A stretch of 64,000 bases of DNA from Promethearchaeota archaeon (GTDB lineage Archaea > Asgardarchaeota > Lokiarchaeia > Sigyniarchaeales > SOKP01), in contig JALGVJ010000004.1 in NCBI GenBank assembly GCA_029838195.1, positions 128,001 through 192,000 on the forward strand, in the 5' to 3' direction. A model generated the notes under the pieces. The model searched no databases, was not told the DNA's origin, and saw only the letters and a program-made list of their open reading frames with translations. A program made the position numbers and the translations under genes. Positions within the stretch are counted from its first letter, which is position 1. The number at the start of each line of letters is the position of its first letter. Positions 31,077 through 42,309 of the stretch are shown piece after piece.

Positions 31077-31784
31077 ATGACTGAAGCTTCTTTTAGGAAA
31101 AAAATTAATGCTGTTAGAAAGCGATTTCATGAATTCATCACGGATTACAAAATCGTGAGAACATGTTCTATTTTTACGATTATTGCATATTCATTCTTGC
31201 TTATTATTGGAGTTATCATCGCTACCTTTTTAGGGACAACGAATTATAGGATTTGGACTCATTGGATAAGCGATCTTGGTACCCGAAATGATACGCCTGC
31301 ACCCTATCTTTATGATCTGGCAGCCATCTTGGCAGGGACTCTCACTATCCCTTTAACCTTTTATCTTGAAAAAATCTTAGCGCCAATGCCGCAGACTCCG
31401 AAGGAATTTAACAAGTATTCCCGCTTACGGTATCGAATTGCAAGTTATGGGTTTTTAATGAATATCATTGGAAATCTTGGATATATAGGGGTAGGCATTT
31501 GGAGAGGTGATAGAGATTATCCCATTCCCCTTTTGGGCATGGGTACTCATGGATTAATGTCAAGTCTTGCATTTGGGGGCTATACTTTTGGAGCATTTTT
31601 TTTTGGATGGCTCATTCTTCTTTATGAAACGAAAATTCCTAAGTTAATCGGGTTATATGGTGTGGTGGGGCCCCTTTTGACCTTAATCCTTTTCATGATT
31701 TTCGGAGGACCTCTATGGGAGTGGATACTCTTATTTTCCATTCTTGCTTGGGTGATTCCTTTGGCTATTTCATTATTTCATTAA
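31077..31784 (+). CDS. DUF998 / Frag1-DRAM-Sfk1-like membrane protein
   Basis: WISDLG motif, conserved His (GTHG), ~6 TM segments, WEW near the C-terminus. Confidence 0.7.
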   Translation: MTEASFRKKINAVRKRFHEFITDYKIVRTCSIFTIIAYSFLLIIGVIIATFLGTTNYRIWTHWISDLGTRNDTPAPYLYDLAAILAGTLTIPLTFYLEKILAPMPQTPKEFNKYSRLRYRIASYGFLMNIIGNLGYIGVGIWRGDRDYPIPLLGMGTHGLMSSLAFGGYTFGAFFFGWLILLYETKIPKLIGLYGVVGPLLTLILFMIFGGPLWEWILLFSILAWVIPLAISLFH

Positions 31785-32121
31785 CAAATTACTCATCAAG
31801 GCGTTTTCAGATGATTAAATTAGAAAATGTTCCGCTTATTTCGGTTAAAAACAATGTGATTCATTTATCAATAAATAAATCATTAGAATTAAAGAACGAT
31901 TGCCTAACCTAAAAGTTCTCTATTTTTTTTAATATCCAATAATATCAATAAACAACGAAAAAAAGGAGCCTTATTCTTTCAATTTGGAGGTTTTTGATAA
32001 AAAATTCACTTCCAGATTTAAAAACTCATGTTTAAACTTTTTTTATAAGCAAATAAAAAAGGTTCTTTTATAAAAAAAATAAAATAGAGTTAAGATAATG
32101 TAAAAAAAAAATAGAAATCGA

Positions 32122-32823
32122 TCATGTTTTTATTCCCCAGAATAATAAAATCCCGCTGATGATAATTCCAATTCTTACGATTGGTAATAGGAGTCCTGGC
32201 GGGATTAAAGCGTCAAATACAGTGGTTATGGAAAAGATTATAAATCCAATGGATAATGAAAGAAATTTTTTTCTGATTACTCCAGTTGCTTGAAGGGCCT
32301 TGTTTAGGAATCCCAATCCATTAAATATAAGAGTAGATAAGAGAAAGATTCCAATCAATATGAACGTGGGACCAATTCTATTCGAAGTATCTATTAAATT
32401 TTCTCCTGGAGTTTCGGGAAAAGTATAATAAAACGATCCTTCTAAGTTGGTGAAGAGAAAAATCTCATATAAAATTCCCAAGACCAGATAAGTGATTATG
32501 AAGATCATTTTCTTCTTTGGAATTAGGAGTTCTGCCCCCAAATACATGGCGAAAAAGATTGCGGGAGCAGCCCACATATAGCTCAACATTCCATACAACC
32601 AAAAGGGCTCTATGTTAGATTGCGTGAATAATATTACTAAGAAATCTGAAGAGGGTCCCATCCATAAGGTTCCTGTAAAGAATATGGTAAGGCCGGTTAT
32701 TTTCAGTAATTTGGCATCTATTTTTCTTGCTTTATAAATACAATAAGATCCCACGATGACATCAAAGAGGAGTACTATTAAAGCAGTAGAGCCATTTAAC
32801 CATCCTTCTACATTTAAAGCCAT
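32122..32823 (-). CDS. Seven-pass membrane protein of unknown function
   Basis: About seven hydrophobic segments; no recognisable catalytic motif. Confidence 0.7.
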   Translation of the reverse strand: MALNVEGWLNGSTALIVLLFDVIVGSYCIYKARKIDAKLLKITGLTIFFTGTLWMGPSSDFLVILFTQSNIEPFWLYGMLSYMWAAPAIFFAMYLGAELLIPKKKMIFIITYLVLGILYEIFLFTNLEGSFYYTFPETPGENLIDTSNRIGPTFILIGIFLLSTLIFNGLGFLNKALQATGVIRKKFLSLSIGFIIFSITTVFDALIPPGLLLPIVRIGIIISGILLFWGIKT

Positions 32824-33059
32824 TGCTCACATCCCCTTAATGAGAAAATAAATTATTATTATAATTAATTTTAAGATTGGACATATTTTATATAAATTTT
32901 TATTAATTTTAATAAAATAAAAATTATTTTAAAATTTATTCAATTTTTAATAGAAAATAATTTTCTAAAAGATGAGGATCTTTAACGAAACATTGTAAAC
33001 GGGCAGATTTAAGAAAATTGACATCTTTTAATTATATTTACTCTCAAAAATCAACTCCA

Positions 33060-33650
33060 TGATAAGATATCGAGAAAGAATAACCTATAAGAGGAAAAGA
33101 TGGTTTCATGCAAAAAGTGAAGAAAGAAGATATCGGCCCCTTATTACTTGATAGAAGGGATAAAAAGACCTTTGTTGGATATATGGATCAAAAGGCAACG
33201 GAGAGAAAGATTTTCAGAAATGTCTTTAAAGAAGGAGATGAATGGTTCAATACGAGGGATTTAGTTAGAGATCAAGGTTGCTTCCATATCCCATTCCTAG
33301 ATCGGTTAAAAGAAACGTTCCACTGGAAAGGACATAATGTATCCATCACGGAAATAGAAAAAATCTTGAATTTAAATGATAATAATTTCGTTTCATTCGT
33401 GAACAGAGTAAAAATTTCTAATACGGAAGGACGGGTGGGTATGACATCCCTTATTTTAAAGATCATTTTAGAAGATTTTGATTTCTCAAGACTCTTGATA
33501 TTCCTTAAAAAAAATTTAGTCTTCCATGCGATTCCATAGTTTTTGGGAATTAAAACGGAGATAGAAACTACTTTAACCTATAAATTCAAAAATTTAACCT
33601 TAAAAGCAGAAAGATTTTTTATCCTATCACGGGAGATTAATATTAATTAA
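33060..33650 (+). pseudogene. 3' fragment of an FATP-type long-chain acyl-CoA synthetase
   Basis: PIRGKDGF, KIFRNVFKEGDEWFNTRDL, FLDRLKETFHWKGHNVSITEIE, EGRVGM; in-frame TAG at 33537-33539 followed by FLGIKTEIETTLTYKFK; N-terminal part absent. Confidence 0.85.
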
Positions 33651-33792
33651 ATGGACTTAAATAGAACTTACTGAACACTTAAACTCTTGAATTGTTCTTT
33701 TAGGACGAATAATAATAAAAAAGAAAATAAAGAAGAAGCAAATTTTTAGCTTTTATCCACTTCTTAAAAAGATTTAAGATTAAAAAAGAAAA

Positions 33793-34170
33793 TTATTTTA
33801 AAGCTATAACATCAATTTCAATAAGCATGGAAGGAACGGGCAAATTAGCAACTTGAACCGTCGTTCTGGCAGGGAACTTCTCATCAACACCATTGTCTTT
33901 AAAAAATTTTTTGTAAGCCCGATTCATCATGCTAAAATCGTTAATATCTTTCAAGAAGACCGTAACTTTTACAATATCAGCGACTGATGCTCCTGCGGCT
34001 TCTAAAATGGTTTTCACATTTTCAAAGGCAGTAAGGGTTTGGTCAGTAATGCCTTCCGTGTTAGCTTTTGGTCCTTGACCTGATACGAATATTAAATTAC
34101 CTACTTTTACAGCAGGCGTGTAGGGACCAGCCACGGGGGTCCCTGGATTGATAAATTCTTTTTCCGTCAT
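33793..34170 (-). CDS. RidA/YjgF family enamine deaminase
   Basis: GPYTPAV, FVSGQ, PARTTVQV, LIEIDVIA. Confidence 0.92.
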   Translation of the reverse strand: MTEKEFINPGTPVAGPYTPAVKVGNLIFVSGQGPKANTEGITDQTLTAFENVKTILEAAGASVADIVKVTVFLKDINDFSMMNRAYKKFFKDNGVDEKFPARTTVQVANLPVPSMLIEIDVIALK

Positions 34171-34289
34171 TTTTTTCCCATTATCTTATAATTAATTTGA
34201 TGTATAAGAAAGGAGATATAAAAATAAAAATTTGTTGAATAAAAGATTGCCATGTTCATGTTTCATGAGCATGTTGAGGATTCACCAAA

Positions 34290-35387
34290 TTAGTAATTTT
34301 TTCCTCGAGCCAATACCGGCCAAGTACCGATATATTTTCCATCTTTTATCACGTGGATGAAATCATAAAGATTTACTGTAATGCAGACGTGTGCGGGAAT
34401 TAATTCAATTTTATCTCCAATTTTATAGTTTGTGCCGGGTGCTGCTTTAAATTGGGCATGTTCTTCAGTGAAAACGCGCCACCTATTTTTTGGATTGTCT
34501 TTAAAAATGGGTTTTCCATCGCCCGTTGGCACTGCTTTCAAACCAGAGTCAATAGTAAATAATCTTGGACCCGTTTTATTTTGAATCGTGCCTAATACCG
34601 TAACAGCAGGCTTGAATATGGGATTTACCATTTCTATGTGCTCATCAGAAAAAACATAGGTACCTGGTTGAATTTCAGTAATTCCTTCACATTTTCCCGC
34701 AAACATGTAAGTTCCTGAGCCGGAAGCCGTGATGTAATTAATGTCAAATCCATTTGCATTTAAGAGATCTCTTGTATCCAGAGCCAATTTCATGCATTCT
34801 CTCGTCATTCTTTCCTTATCTTCGAGATTTGTCATGGGAGTTAGATGGCCTTCATAGGCTTGAAGTCCTACTAACTCTAAATGCGGTGCTTTTTTTATTA
34901 AACGTGCTAATTGAAGAGCGGGGCCACCAGGTTTAATTCCACATCTTCCGAATCCCACGTCAAGGTCAATTAAGACTTCAATTTATTGGGAGTATTTTGA
35001 AGCCATTTCTTCGAGATCTTTTATATTTTTTTCCGAATCGACGCAAGCGCGGGTTAGACTAAATTTGTTTAATAAAACTAGCCTTTTTATTTGATTAGGA
35101 ATGATGATTTCATTGGTGATGAGGATATCATTAAAGCCACATTGCGCATAAACTTCAGCTTCTCCAACATTAGCTACAGCGATGCCTTTCGCATTATTTC
35201 CGGCTAATTTTTGCTGGATATGGGCGACTAAAGGAATTTTAGCAGTTTTTACATGTTGTCGCAAGTTAATTCCTTGTTCTTTAACGAAATGGGCCATGTG
35301 TTTCATGTTTTGTTCCATTATATTATAATTTAATATTAAAGCGGGTGTAGAGATTTCTTCTTTCCAAGAGTCATCCATGTTCTTCAC
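34290..35387 (-). pseudogene. D-threonine aldolase / DSD1-family PLP enzyme split by in-frame TAA at 34983-34985
   Basis: The two track ORFs share a frame: ...KYSQ*IEVLIDLDVGFGRCG...; TPAL, LRQHVKT, AYEGH, EIQPGTY, IPAHVC. Confidence 0.85.
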
Positions 35388-35584
35388 TTTTTTATAAAAA
35401 ATTGATAAAAAATTATCTTAGAACATGTTTTTTAATTAAATAACGTTTAATAAATTAATCGAGACTAGCATTATATAAAAAATAACCATATTTGCTTTTT
35501 CTTACGGATGATACATCCAATTTTAATTTTAATTAAGTTTTAATCAGAGATTTTTTTCTTTTTATTTGATCTGATTAAATAAAA

Positions 35585-37423
35585 ATGCCTATCAATGATA
35601 AAACAAGTGATAAAGGGGATACGATGAATGTAATCTGGGTTGCATGTTTTGAATACCAAGGTATTGCAAAGGTGGGAGGCCTTGGAGAAGTTTCAGCGCA
35701 TCAAACGAGCAGTTTAAGCAAGGATTTTGATTTTTGCGTCTTTCTTCCCTCTCACGGTCAAATTGAAAGATTGAAAACATATTATCAGGTGCAACAATTA
35801 CCTTTTCATTGTAAAGGGAAGCAAAAATTTTCATTCACTAAAAACAAGAAGAAAAGGCAAGAATTTCGAATTAATTTTTATAAGGTTAAGATGGAAGATA
35901 TTAATGTTATATTATTGTCCGGCGGAAATTCATTTACTCGTGGATTTTTGGATGATAAAATAGTGTACAATCCTGATTCCCTTCAAGGAAAGATATGCTT
36001 TTTTAGTATTGGAATGAAATTTTATGTTAATAAATTATTGAAAAAAAAAAATTATGATGCTTTACCGAAAATCATCCATCTCCATGATTATCACGTGGTT
36101 CTCCCTTATATTTCCATCAAACAAGCACTCATGAAGAAAGGATTTGATATTTCCTCCCTCATCACTTTTCATTTATTAACGTGGCCCCGTTTCGAATTAG
36201 ATTTCTATAAAGATTGCGGTATTGACGATACTCCCTTTCGGATCCTGACACGAGAAGGCAATAAAAATCTTACGATCAGTGAAATTTTTAACTTAATTTT
36301 AGAAACTCGGAAAGAACAACAAGCCAGAAAGAGTTTAAATACGCATGAAATTCCTACGGTAGAACAAGTGGGTGCAGTAGTGTCCGATCTGGTTATAACG
36401 GTGAGTGAATCTTACTTGAAATCAGATATCATTCCCAATTTAGGCAATGAATTGATTAAATTTAAAACAGATTTCGTATGGAACGGATGTGATTGGAATC
36501 ATGATATCATGCTCGAAAACATCTTAAAAGAATTGGGAAACGAAATCCAAGAAGTCTTACGTTTACCAACCCGTCATTCCATTTCAAGAGAAGATTTAAA
36601 AAGATATTTACTCACGTTTAAATTGGGTAATTTAACCGAAAGCCCTCTCATTCAATCCAAGAAAATATTGGCTGTAATCAATGAAATTTCCAATGGGAAT
36701 TCCTTCATTAAAAATGGCAAGATTAAAAATTTTTCGGATTCTGGTCCTTTAGCAATCTCAACGGGTAGAGTTTCAAGACAGAAAGGATTTGATATCATTT
36801 TTGACGCAATTCCCCTTGTTCTTGAAAAAATCCCCAATGCCAAGTTTTTGATTTTAGCGCTTCCAACCGAATACAGCTTAGAAGAGATTAAACATTATGC
36901 CGAACAAGTTAAAAAATATCCTTACAACCTTAGAATATTATTTGGACTTGCTCCGAATATATTCAAATTAGCACATGTTTCTGCCGATGTATATGCTGCG
37001 ATGTCCCGATGGGAACCTTTTGGAATTATCGCATTGGAAGCCATGGCATCAAAATTACCCGTAATAGCCTCAAGAGTCGGAGGACTACAAGAGACAATTA
37101 TAGATATCAGAGAAGATGTCGAAAATGGCACGGGTATCTTGATTCCTAAGGAGAGCCCGATAAATTTAGCTGAAGCTCTTATTACTTTTTTTCAATTAGC
37201 TCGAATAAATGAATTGAGCAAGAGAGGGATTTCATTAGAAAAAATCCAAAAGAAAATTGATATAAACGGGATTCCCATTTCAATATTAAAAAATCAAGTA
37301 ATAAAAAACCCCCGATTATATGAAAAGATTAGAGAAAATTGTCATGGAAGAGTACAAGAACGCTTTCGATGGACTGTCGTTTCGAAAAAATTAAAACATC
37401 TCTACGAGGGCTTGTTAAAATAA
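35585..37423 (+). CDS. glgA: Glycogen/starch synthase (GT5-type)
   Basis: AKVGGLGEV, IHLHDYH, VWNG, GRVSRQKG, SRWEPFGIIALEAMA; start may be ATG at 35624. Confidence 0.85.
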   Translation: MPINDKTSDKGDTMNVIWVACFEYQGIAKVGGLGEVSAHQTSSLSKDFDFCVFLPSHGQIERLKTYYQVQQLPFHCKGKQKFSFTKNKKKRQEFRINFYKVKMEDINVILLSGGNSFTRGFLDDKIVYNPDSLQGKICFFSIGMKFYVNKLLKKKNYDALPKIIHLHDYHVVLPYISIKQALMKKGFDISSLITFHLLTWPRFELDFYKDCGIDDTPFRILTREGNKNLTISEIFNLILETRKEQQARKSLNTHEIPTVEQVGAVVSDLVITVSESYLKSDIIPNLGNELIKFKTDFVWNGCDWNHDIMLENILKELGNEIQEVLRLPTRHSISREDLKRYLLTFKLGNLTESPLIQSKKILAVINEISNGNSFIKNGKIKNFSDSGPLAISTGRVSRQKGFDIIFDAIPLVLEKIPNAKFLILALPTEYSLEEIKHYAEQVKKYPYNLRILFGLAPNIFKLAHVSADVYAAMSRWEPFGIIALEAMASKLPVIASRVGGLQETIIDIREDVENGTGILIPKESPINLAEALITFFQLARINELSKRGISLEKIQKKIDINGIPISILKNQVIKNPRLYEKIRENCHGRVQERFRWTVVSKKLKHLYEGLLK

Positions 37424-37533
37424 CTCTTCCCTTTCTCTCCTTTTCTTTCAAAAAATCTCATGATTGAATATAAAAAGATAATCTGTTTATAAAAAACTCA
37501 AAAGGGGTAAAAAAAAAGGGATATTTAATAAGA

Positions 37534-38358
37534 TTATTTCCATTTCCATTTTGGCTTGGTCTTTTGCAAGCGAGCTAAAGCCCCGGATACCGCATCTTTC
37601 GTTTGGAGGAGCTGTGAGCTTATTAGGGTCTCCAGTTCGTTTCCAAATGCAATATCCTTACCATAGCAGTCATCAATGAGTTTTTTAGTTAAGCCCACAG
37701 CTAAAGGAGCCGAATCGATTAACTCATCTGTATACATTTTAATGATTGAATTTAATTCTTCTGCAGTGCTGGCAAACCGATTTACCACTCCTAAACGATA
37801 CGCTTCCTTACCATCAAATCTTCTTCCGGTCAACGCAATATCTTTCGCATTAGGTATACCCACTAATCTGGTCAGTCGAATTGATCCCCCAACGTCAGGA
37901 TTCATGCCAATTTTGGTTTCTAGCATGCTAAAAATGGAACTTTCAAGGGCAAATCGAAAATCACATGCTAAAGCTAGTTCAAAACCAAGCCCAAAACAAT
38001 ATCCTCGAATATCTGCGATTACGGGCTTTTCCATCTTTTCTAATTTGGACAAAACGGGTTGAATGAAAGTATTAGCGAAATAGCGAAAATTTCTTGGAAT
38101 CCTCAAATCAGGAATTTTTCCTTCCGGATCTTTTTCTTGTCCCGTGAGAAAGTTTAAATCAATACCGGCGCTAAAAATGTCATCTCCACCCGTAATAATT
38201 ACCACTCGGGTATTAGTTCTTTCAATCTTATCAAAAGCATCATTTAAACCCACTAACATGTCGAAATTAATTGCATTTTTCTTATCCGGTCGATTCATTT
38301 TAATGGTGGTGATGGTTTTGTCTTCGTTTTCTTCAATTAATACTACCTTTTCACTCAT
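37534..38358 (-). CDS. Enoyl-CoA hydratase/isomerase family
   Basis: NRPDKKNA, FSAGIDL, GLGFELALACD. Confidence 0.92.
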   Translation of the reverse strand: MSEKVVLIEENEDKTITTIKMNRPDKKNAINFDMLVGLNDAFDKIERTNTRVVIITGGDDIFSAGIDLNFLTGQEKDPEGKIPDLRIPRNFRYFANTFIQPVLSKLEKMEKPVIADIRGYCFGLGFELALACDFRFALESSIFSMLETKIGMNPDVGGSIRLTRLVGIPNAKDIALTGRRFDGKEAYRLGVVNRFASTAEELNSIIKMYTDELIDSAPLAVGLTKKLIDDCYGKDIAFGNELETLISSQLLQTKDAVSGALARLQKTKPKWKWK

Positions 38359-38438
38359 TTTTTTTCATCTTTAAAATTTACAATTAATTCTATTTAATGG
38401 AAAAGAGGGAATTAAATTAAAAGGATTTTAATTTTTCG

Positions 38439-40430
38439 TTAATGTCTAAAAATTTGTTTGGAATGCCAAAAAGGATAAAGTGTTTGATATATTGCATTCT
38501 CTTTATCGGGAACTAATTCTAATTCCGTGCGGAGCCAGTTTGAAATCCAATTTGATTTATCCCTAAAACGCTCATCTAAAAATATTATAGCGCCTTTATC
38601 ATCAATTTTCCTTATGGGACGGCCCGCTGCTTGGTTTGCCCTTTGGACAGCGGGATATAAATAAGCAAAATTCCAGCCTTGCTTATCAAACACTTTATCA
38701 TAATAAGTAATTTTTGCCTGAACTCGAGGTGAAGGAAGATGATAGGGAAACCCCGCAATAACCACGGAATTCATATATTCTCCTGGAAAATCTTCTCCTT
38801 CTGAGTTCCTTCCGCCACACACCCCTAATAAGACACCCCCTCCTCCATCTTTTACTCTTGTCATTGATTTAAAATTTTCAATCATCAATGAATTTTCAGT
38901 TGCAGATAAATTTGGAGATTCAATGAAAAGTTTCTTTTCATATCTCATGATTGAACGTTCTAAACCAAAACGAAGGAGTGCTTGAAGTATTTTATAGGAT
39001 GCACAGAAAATACCAACATTAGCGGGCGTACAAGCAATAACTTCTTCTATTTTATTTACTATCTTTGTAAACATGCGCGGATTTCTATCCTCTTTTCTCG
39101 TACTCACGCCTTCAACGATCAATACCCTAATATTTTCTTTTTTGAAAGGAGATTCTGCTATTATCGCTTTATAGCCTTTTCCACATCTGTTTAATCCCAT
39201 GAGATGGTTATACACGTACGGATTAACCGTTCCCGATAAATTCAAGCACGAATGACAATTTTTAAGGATCGGTATGGAAATTTCCCTTGGTTCCAAAGCA
39301 ACAATTTCTAGTGCTATATATTTCTTATTTTTTTTTTGAGTTATTTTATAACAAAAAAAATAGGAATCCAAGTCCAAAGTTTCAAGCCATTTTAACCAAA
39401 AATTCGCAAGATTACCGAGATAATCCCTAGAGAATATCCCATTAGCCAATTTTTCTTCATGAATAGCTAACCCATATTCTAATAAATCTTCCAAAAATAG
39501 CTTAAAATTATTTAAATTCTCAAAGCCTAATTTAATTATAATATTATTCAATAATTTCTTCGGATTAATGGGTTCTTCTGCTTTTTTGAGGAACTCTTTA
39601 CGTTTATTCAACAGATCTAATAAGAAATTTACAAATCTCCGAATAGAATATGGCCCCTGGTACGATTGCAAATCTTTCTGACATTGTCTTAAGGAATAAG
39701 GAGTAAGTTTCATGGAATTGATCTCTGTTGCCACATCGATAATATTATGACACTCATCTAAAATTAGAATGCAATCTTTCAATTCTCTTTCAATAAACTG
39801 TAAAAACGAGTCTCGTATAAAAGGATTGAAAATCCATTGATAATTGCAAATAATAATTTTCATCTCTTTTAAAAGAAACTTACTGAGAAAATAAGGGCAA
39901 ATTTTTTTTTCCTTACAAATTGTAATTAATTCATCTGCTTCCACGGGCTGATTAAAAATCTCCGGTTCGATGAGGATAGGTGAATCAACGTTTACCCGCT
40001 TTTTTAATAAATTAAGAAAATATCTACAATTCTTATTTTTTCTTAGATCCGTGCAGACAGTCATGGATTCTTGAGGATTTAATTTAAGAGATAAGAGTGT
40101 TTCATTCAAGCACATTTCATTTCTCCCACGGATTGACAAGCCATTAATCATGACGGGCTCTTCAAATTTTTCTAAAAAAGAATGGATTTTCTTTAATTCT
40201 TTTATGACACGAGCATTTTGTGCGTACGTGCGACATAAATAAATGACTTTTAAATCATTTTTGAGGGCAATGGGGAGAGCCGCACATAAGGCCATGATTG
40301 TTTTTCCCGTACCATTTGGGGCACTTAAAAGAATTATTTTCTCTTGAGCTAAGCTCTCTTCTATTTGTTTTATGATTTTTTCTTGGGAAATGCGAAATTG
40401 TTCGTATGGAAAAAATTTTAAATAATTTAT
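38439..40430 (-). CDS. xpd: XPD/Rad3-family Fe-S DNA helicase; N-terminus extended 45 codons to a probable ATA start
   Basis: Upstream in-frame FFPYEQFRISQ (Q motif) and SAPNGTGKT (Walker A); Fe-S Cys (MC, VC, NC, CPY); DECHN; SEGEDF; QAAGRPIR. Confidence 0.9.
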   Translation of the reverse strand: MNYLKFFPYEQFRISQEKIIKQIEESLAQEKIILLSAPNGTGKTIMALCAALPIALKNDLKVIYLCRTYAQNARVIKELKKIHSFLEKFEEPVMINGLSIRGRNEMCLNETLLSLKLNPQESMTVCTDLRKNKNCRYFLNLLKKRVNVDSPILIEPEIFNQPVEADELITICKEKKICPYFLSKFLLKEMKIIICNYQWIFNPFIRDSFLQFIERELKDCILILDECHNIIDVATEINSMKLTPYSLRQCQKDLQSYQGPYSIRRFVNFLLDLLNKRKEFLKKAEEPINPKKLLNNIIIKLGFENLNNFKLFLEDLLEYGLAIHEEKLANGIFSRDYLGNLANFWLKWLETLDLDSYFFCYKITQKKNKKYIALEIVALEPREISIPILKNCHSCLNLSGTVNPYVYNHLMGLNRCGKGYKAIIAESPFKKENIRVLIVEGVSTRKEDRNPRMFTKIVNKIEEVIACTPANVGIFCASYKILQALLRFGLERSIMRYEKKLFIESPNLSATENSLMIENFKSMTRVKDGGGGVLLGVCGGRNSEGEDFPGEYMNSVVIAGFPYHLPSPRVQAKITYYDKVFDKQGWNFAYLYPAVQRANQAAGRPIRKIDDKGAIIFLDERFRDKSNWISNWLRTELELVPDKENAIYQTLYPFWHSKQIFRH

Positions 40431-40806
40431 GAAGATACACCTGAGTTCTCTTTTTAAACCTTGATTCTATTTTTATATTTTAAATAAAATATTCGTTTTC
40501 GACTATTCAAGAAAAATTAGTAGTTCCAATAAATTTTACATGTCAAGAATTCTATTTTAAATTTTTTTGACTTTTTTAATTTCCTTATATCTTTTTCTTT
40601 CATGAAAAAGAATTTTCATTACAATTACAAGTTTTCTATTGAAATGGACGCTTATTAAGAGTTGTCAATATGTGGAATGTAAATAAATTTCCTTGGAGTT
40701 TGAGGAATGTTTAAAATTTTTTATTCATGGTTATTAAATTAATTATTTTTGTTTTGGTACATACCATTATTTTTTATTAATTTGAAATGTTTATATCTTA
40801 GAGAAG

Positions 40807-41706
40807 ATGTCAAAAATTACCGAACTAAGATTTAGGAACTTGGTTTCAGAAGGCTTTTTACGAGAGTTAATCTTGTTTTTTTTTCTCTTTTTATTGACAA
40901 TAGCTCAGGTTTGGGAGTCCATTTTATTGTTCATTTTTCCGCTTATATCTTTTGGATTTTATGTTTTCTTCAGGATATTAAGCATAAATAAATGGAAGCT
41001 CACGTTTTCTAAAGATATAATCATCTATAATCCTTTAGGCGTGGAAAAAAGACATGCTAATCGATTCTACTTTGTTTCTCTTTTTACCCTCATCTTAATC
41101 TTTTGGATTGGAGCAGAAAGTTTATATCATCCTCAGTTAATCGAAGATTACTCGAGTTATTTCTTAGCATTATTGATTTTCGTGTATACTTTTGGGTTTA
41201 TTTGGATTTTTATTGACATGTGGAAATATAGTAAAATTCAAATTAAATTAGGAAAAATCATTGAGGATAATGAAAATTTAAACATCCATTCAATTTCTCC
41301 ATCAACTTCTCAGAAAAAAGAGATCACGAGTTCTCTGAGCTTTAAAGTCTTTAAACAAATCATTATTATGAACTGGATCATTTTCGTGAGCACCAATATT
41401 TTGAATTTACTTTCTATAATGTTCTTGGAAAACCGAATTCTTATGGGTTTTAACATTATCTTACCCGGTACAAGCCCTTTAAATCAAAATGGGATACATG
41501 TGTCTTTTTTAATTTTCTTCTTCATGATTATTCCGCCCAGTTCTTGTCTAATCAGTTTTCTTCTTCTCTATAACAATATAATGAAAATTAGTCTTGAAAA
41601 ATTTGAAATATTGTTAGGGGCTTTACCAAGGGACAAGCAACTCAAAATAAAACAAGAATTATTCTCCTTGAATGATAAATTTAAATTAATTTCAAGATTA
41701 GAATAA
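40807..41706 (+). CDS. Hypothetical multi-pass membrane protein
   Basis: 299-aa ORF with ~6 hydrophobic segments. Confidence 0.7.
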   Translation: MSKITELRFRNLVSEGFLRELILFFFLFLLTIAQVWESILLFIFPLISFGFYVFFRILSINKWKLTFSKDIIIYNPLGVEKRHANRFYFVSLFTLILIFWIGAESLYHPQLIEDYSSYFLALLIFVYTFGFIWIFIDMWKYSKIQIKLGKIIEDNENLNIHSISPSTSQKKEITSSLSFKVFKQIIIMNWIIFVSTNILNLLSIMFLENRILMGFNIILPGTSPLNQNGIHVSFLIFFFMIIPPSSCLISFLLLYNNIMKISLEKFEILLGALPRDKQLKIKQELFSLNDKFKLISRLE

Positions 41707-41769
41707 AATTAATTAATATTAATTTCATGTTAATTATATAAAAATTCTTGATGAGAAATAGGCACTTCA

Positions 41770-42309
41770 ATGAAACGGAAGAAACTCTTATATAAGTGCG
41801 TTATCGTAGGTGATGGCGGCGTTGGGAAGACCACAATGGTCCAGAGATTGATTACCGGCAATTATATTCCCCAAAAAATGACCATTGGCACGGATTTAGC
41901 TACTTATTCTATTGAAATTAATGATGAGGATGGAACTATTTATGATATAATATTGCAGCTGTGGGATTTTGCGGGTGAGGCGAGATTTCGGTTCTTTTTG
42001 CCAAACTATGCGAAAGGAGCCCGTGGCTGCTTAATTTGTTATGATATCACGAGATATTCGAGTTATGAACATTTAGAAGAATGGTATAATATAGTAAATG
42101 AGAATGCTGCTAATCCAGTGTACATATTGGTGGGGCAAAAATATGATTTAGCGGAGCAAAAACGCGTTGTAGACGTGGAAAAAGCGAGAGAATTTCAACA
42201 ACATTATGACATTCCCCATCTATTTGAAACATCTAGTAAAACAGGTTATAATAATAAAATTATTTTTGAAACTTTAGCAAAAGAAATTATTAAGAAAACC
42301 CATGCTTGA
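41770..42309 (+). CDS. Rab-like small GTPase
   Basis: G1 GDGGVGKT, G2 TIG, G3 WDFAGE, G4 QKYD, G5 ETSSK; RFRF..NYAKGA region. Confidence 0.92.
   Translation: MKRKKLLYKCVIVGDGGVGKTTMVQRLITGNYIPQKMTIGTDLATYSIEINDEDGTIYDIILQLWDFAGEARFRFFLPNYAKGARGCLICYDITRYSSYEHLEEWYNIVNENAANPVYILVGQKYDLAEQKRVVDVEKAREFQQHYDIPHLFETSSKTGYNNKIIFETLAKEIIKKTHA

Noticed and set aside
879-34985. In-frame TAA/TAG codons in three genes as evidence of stop-codon reassignment
   Set aside because: Most intact genes here end at TAA, and two of the three affected genes show other decay; pseudogenisation or error is simpler
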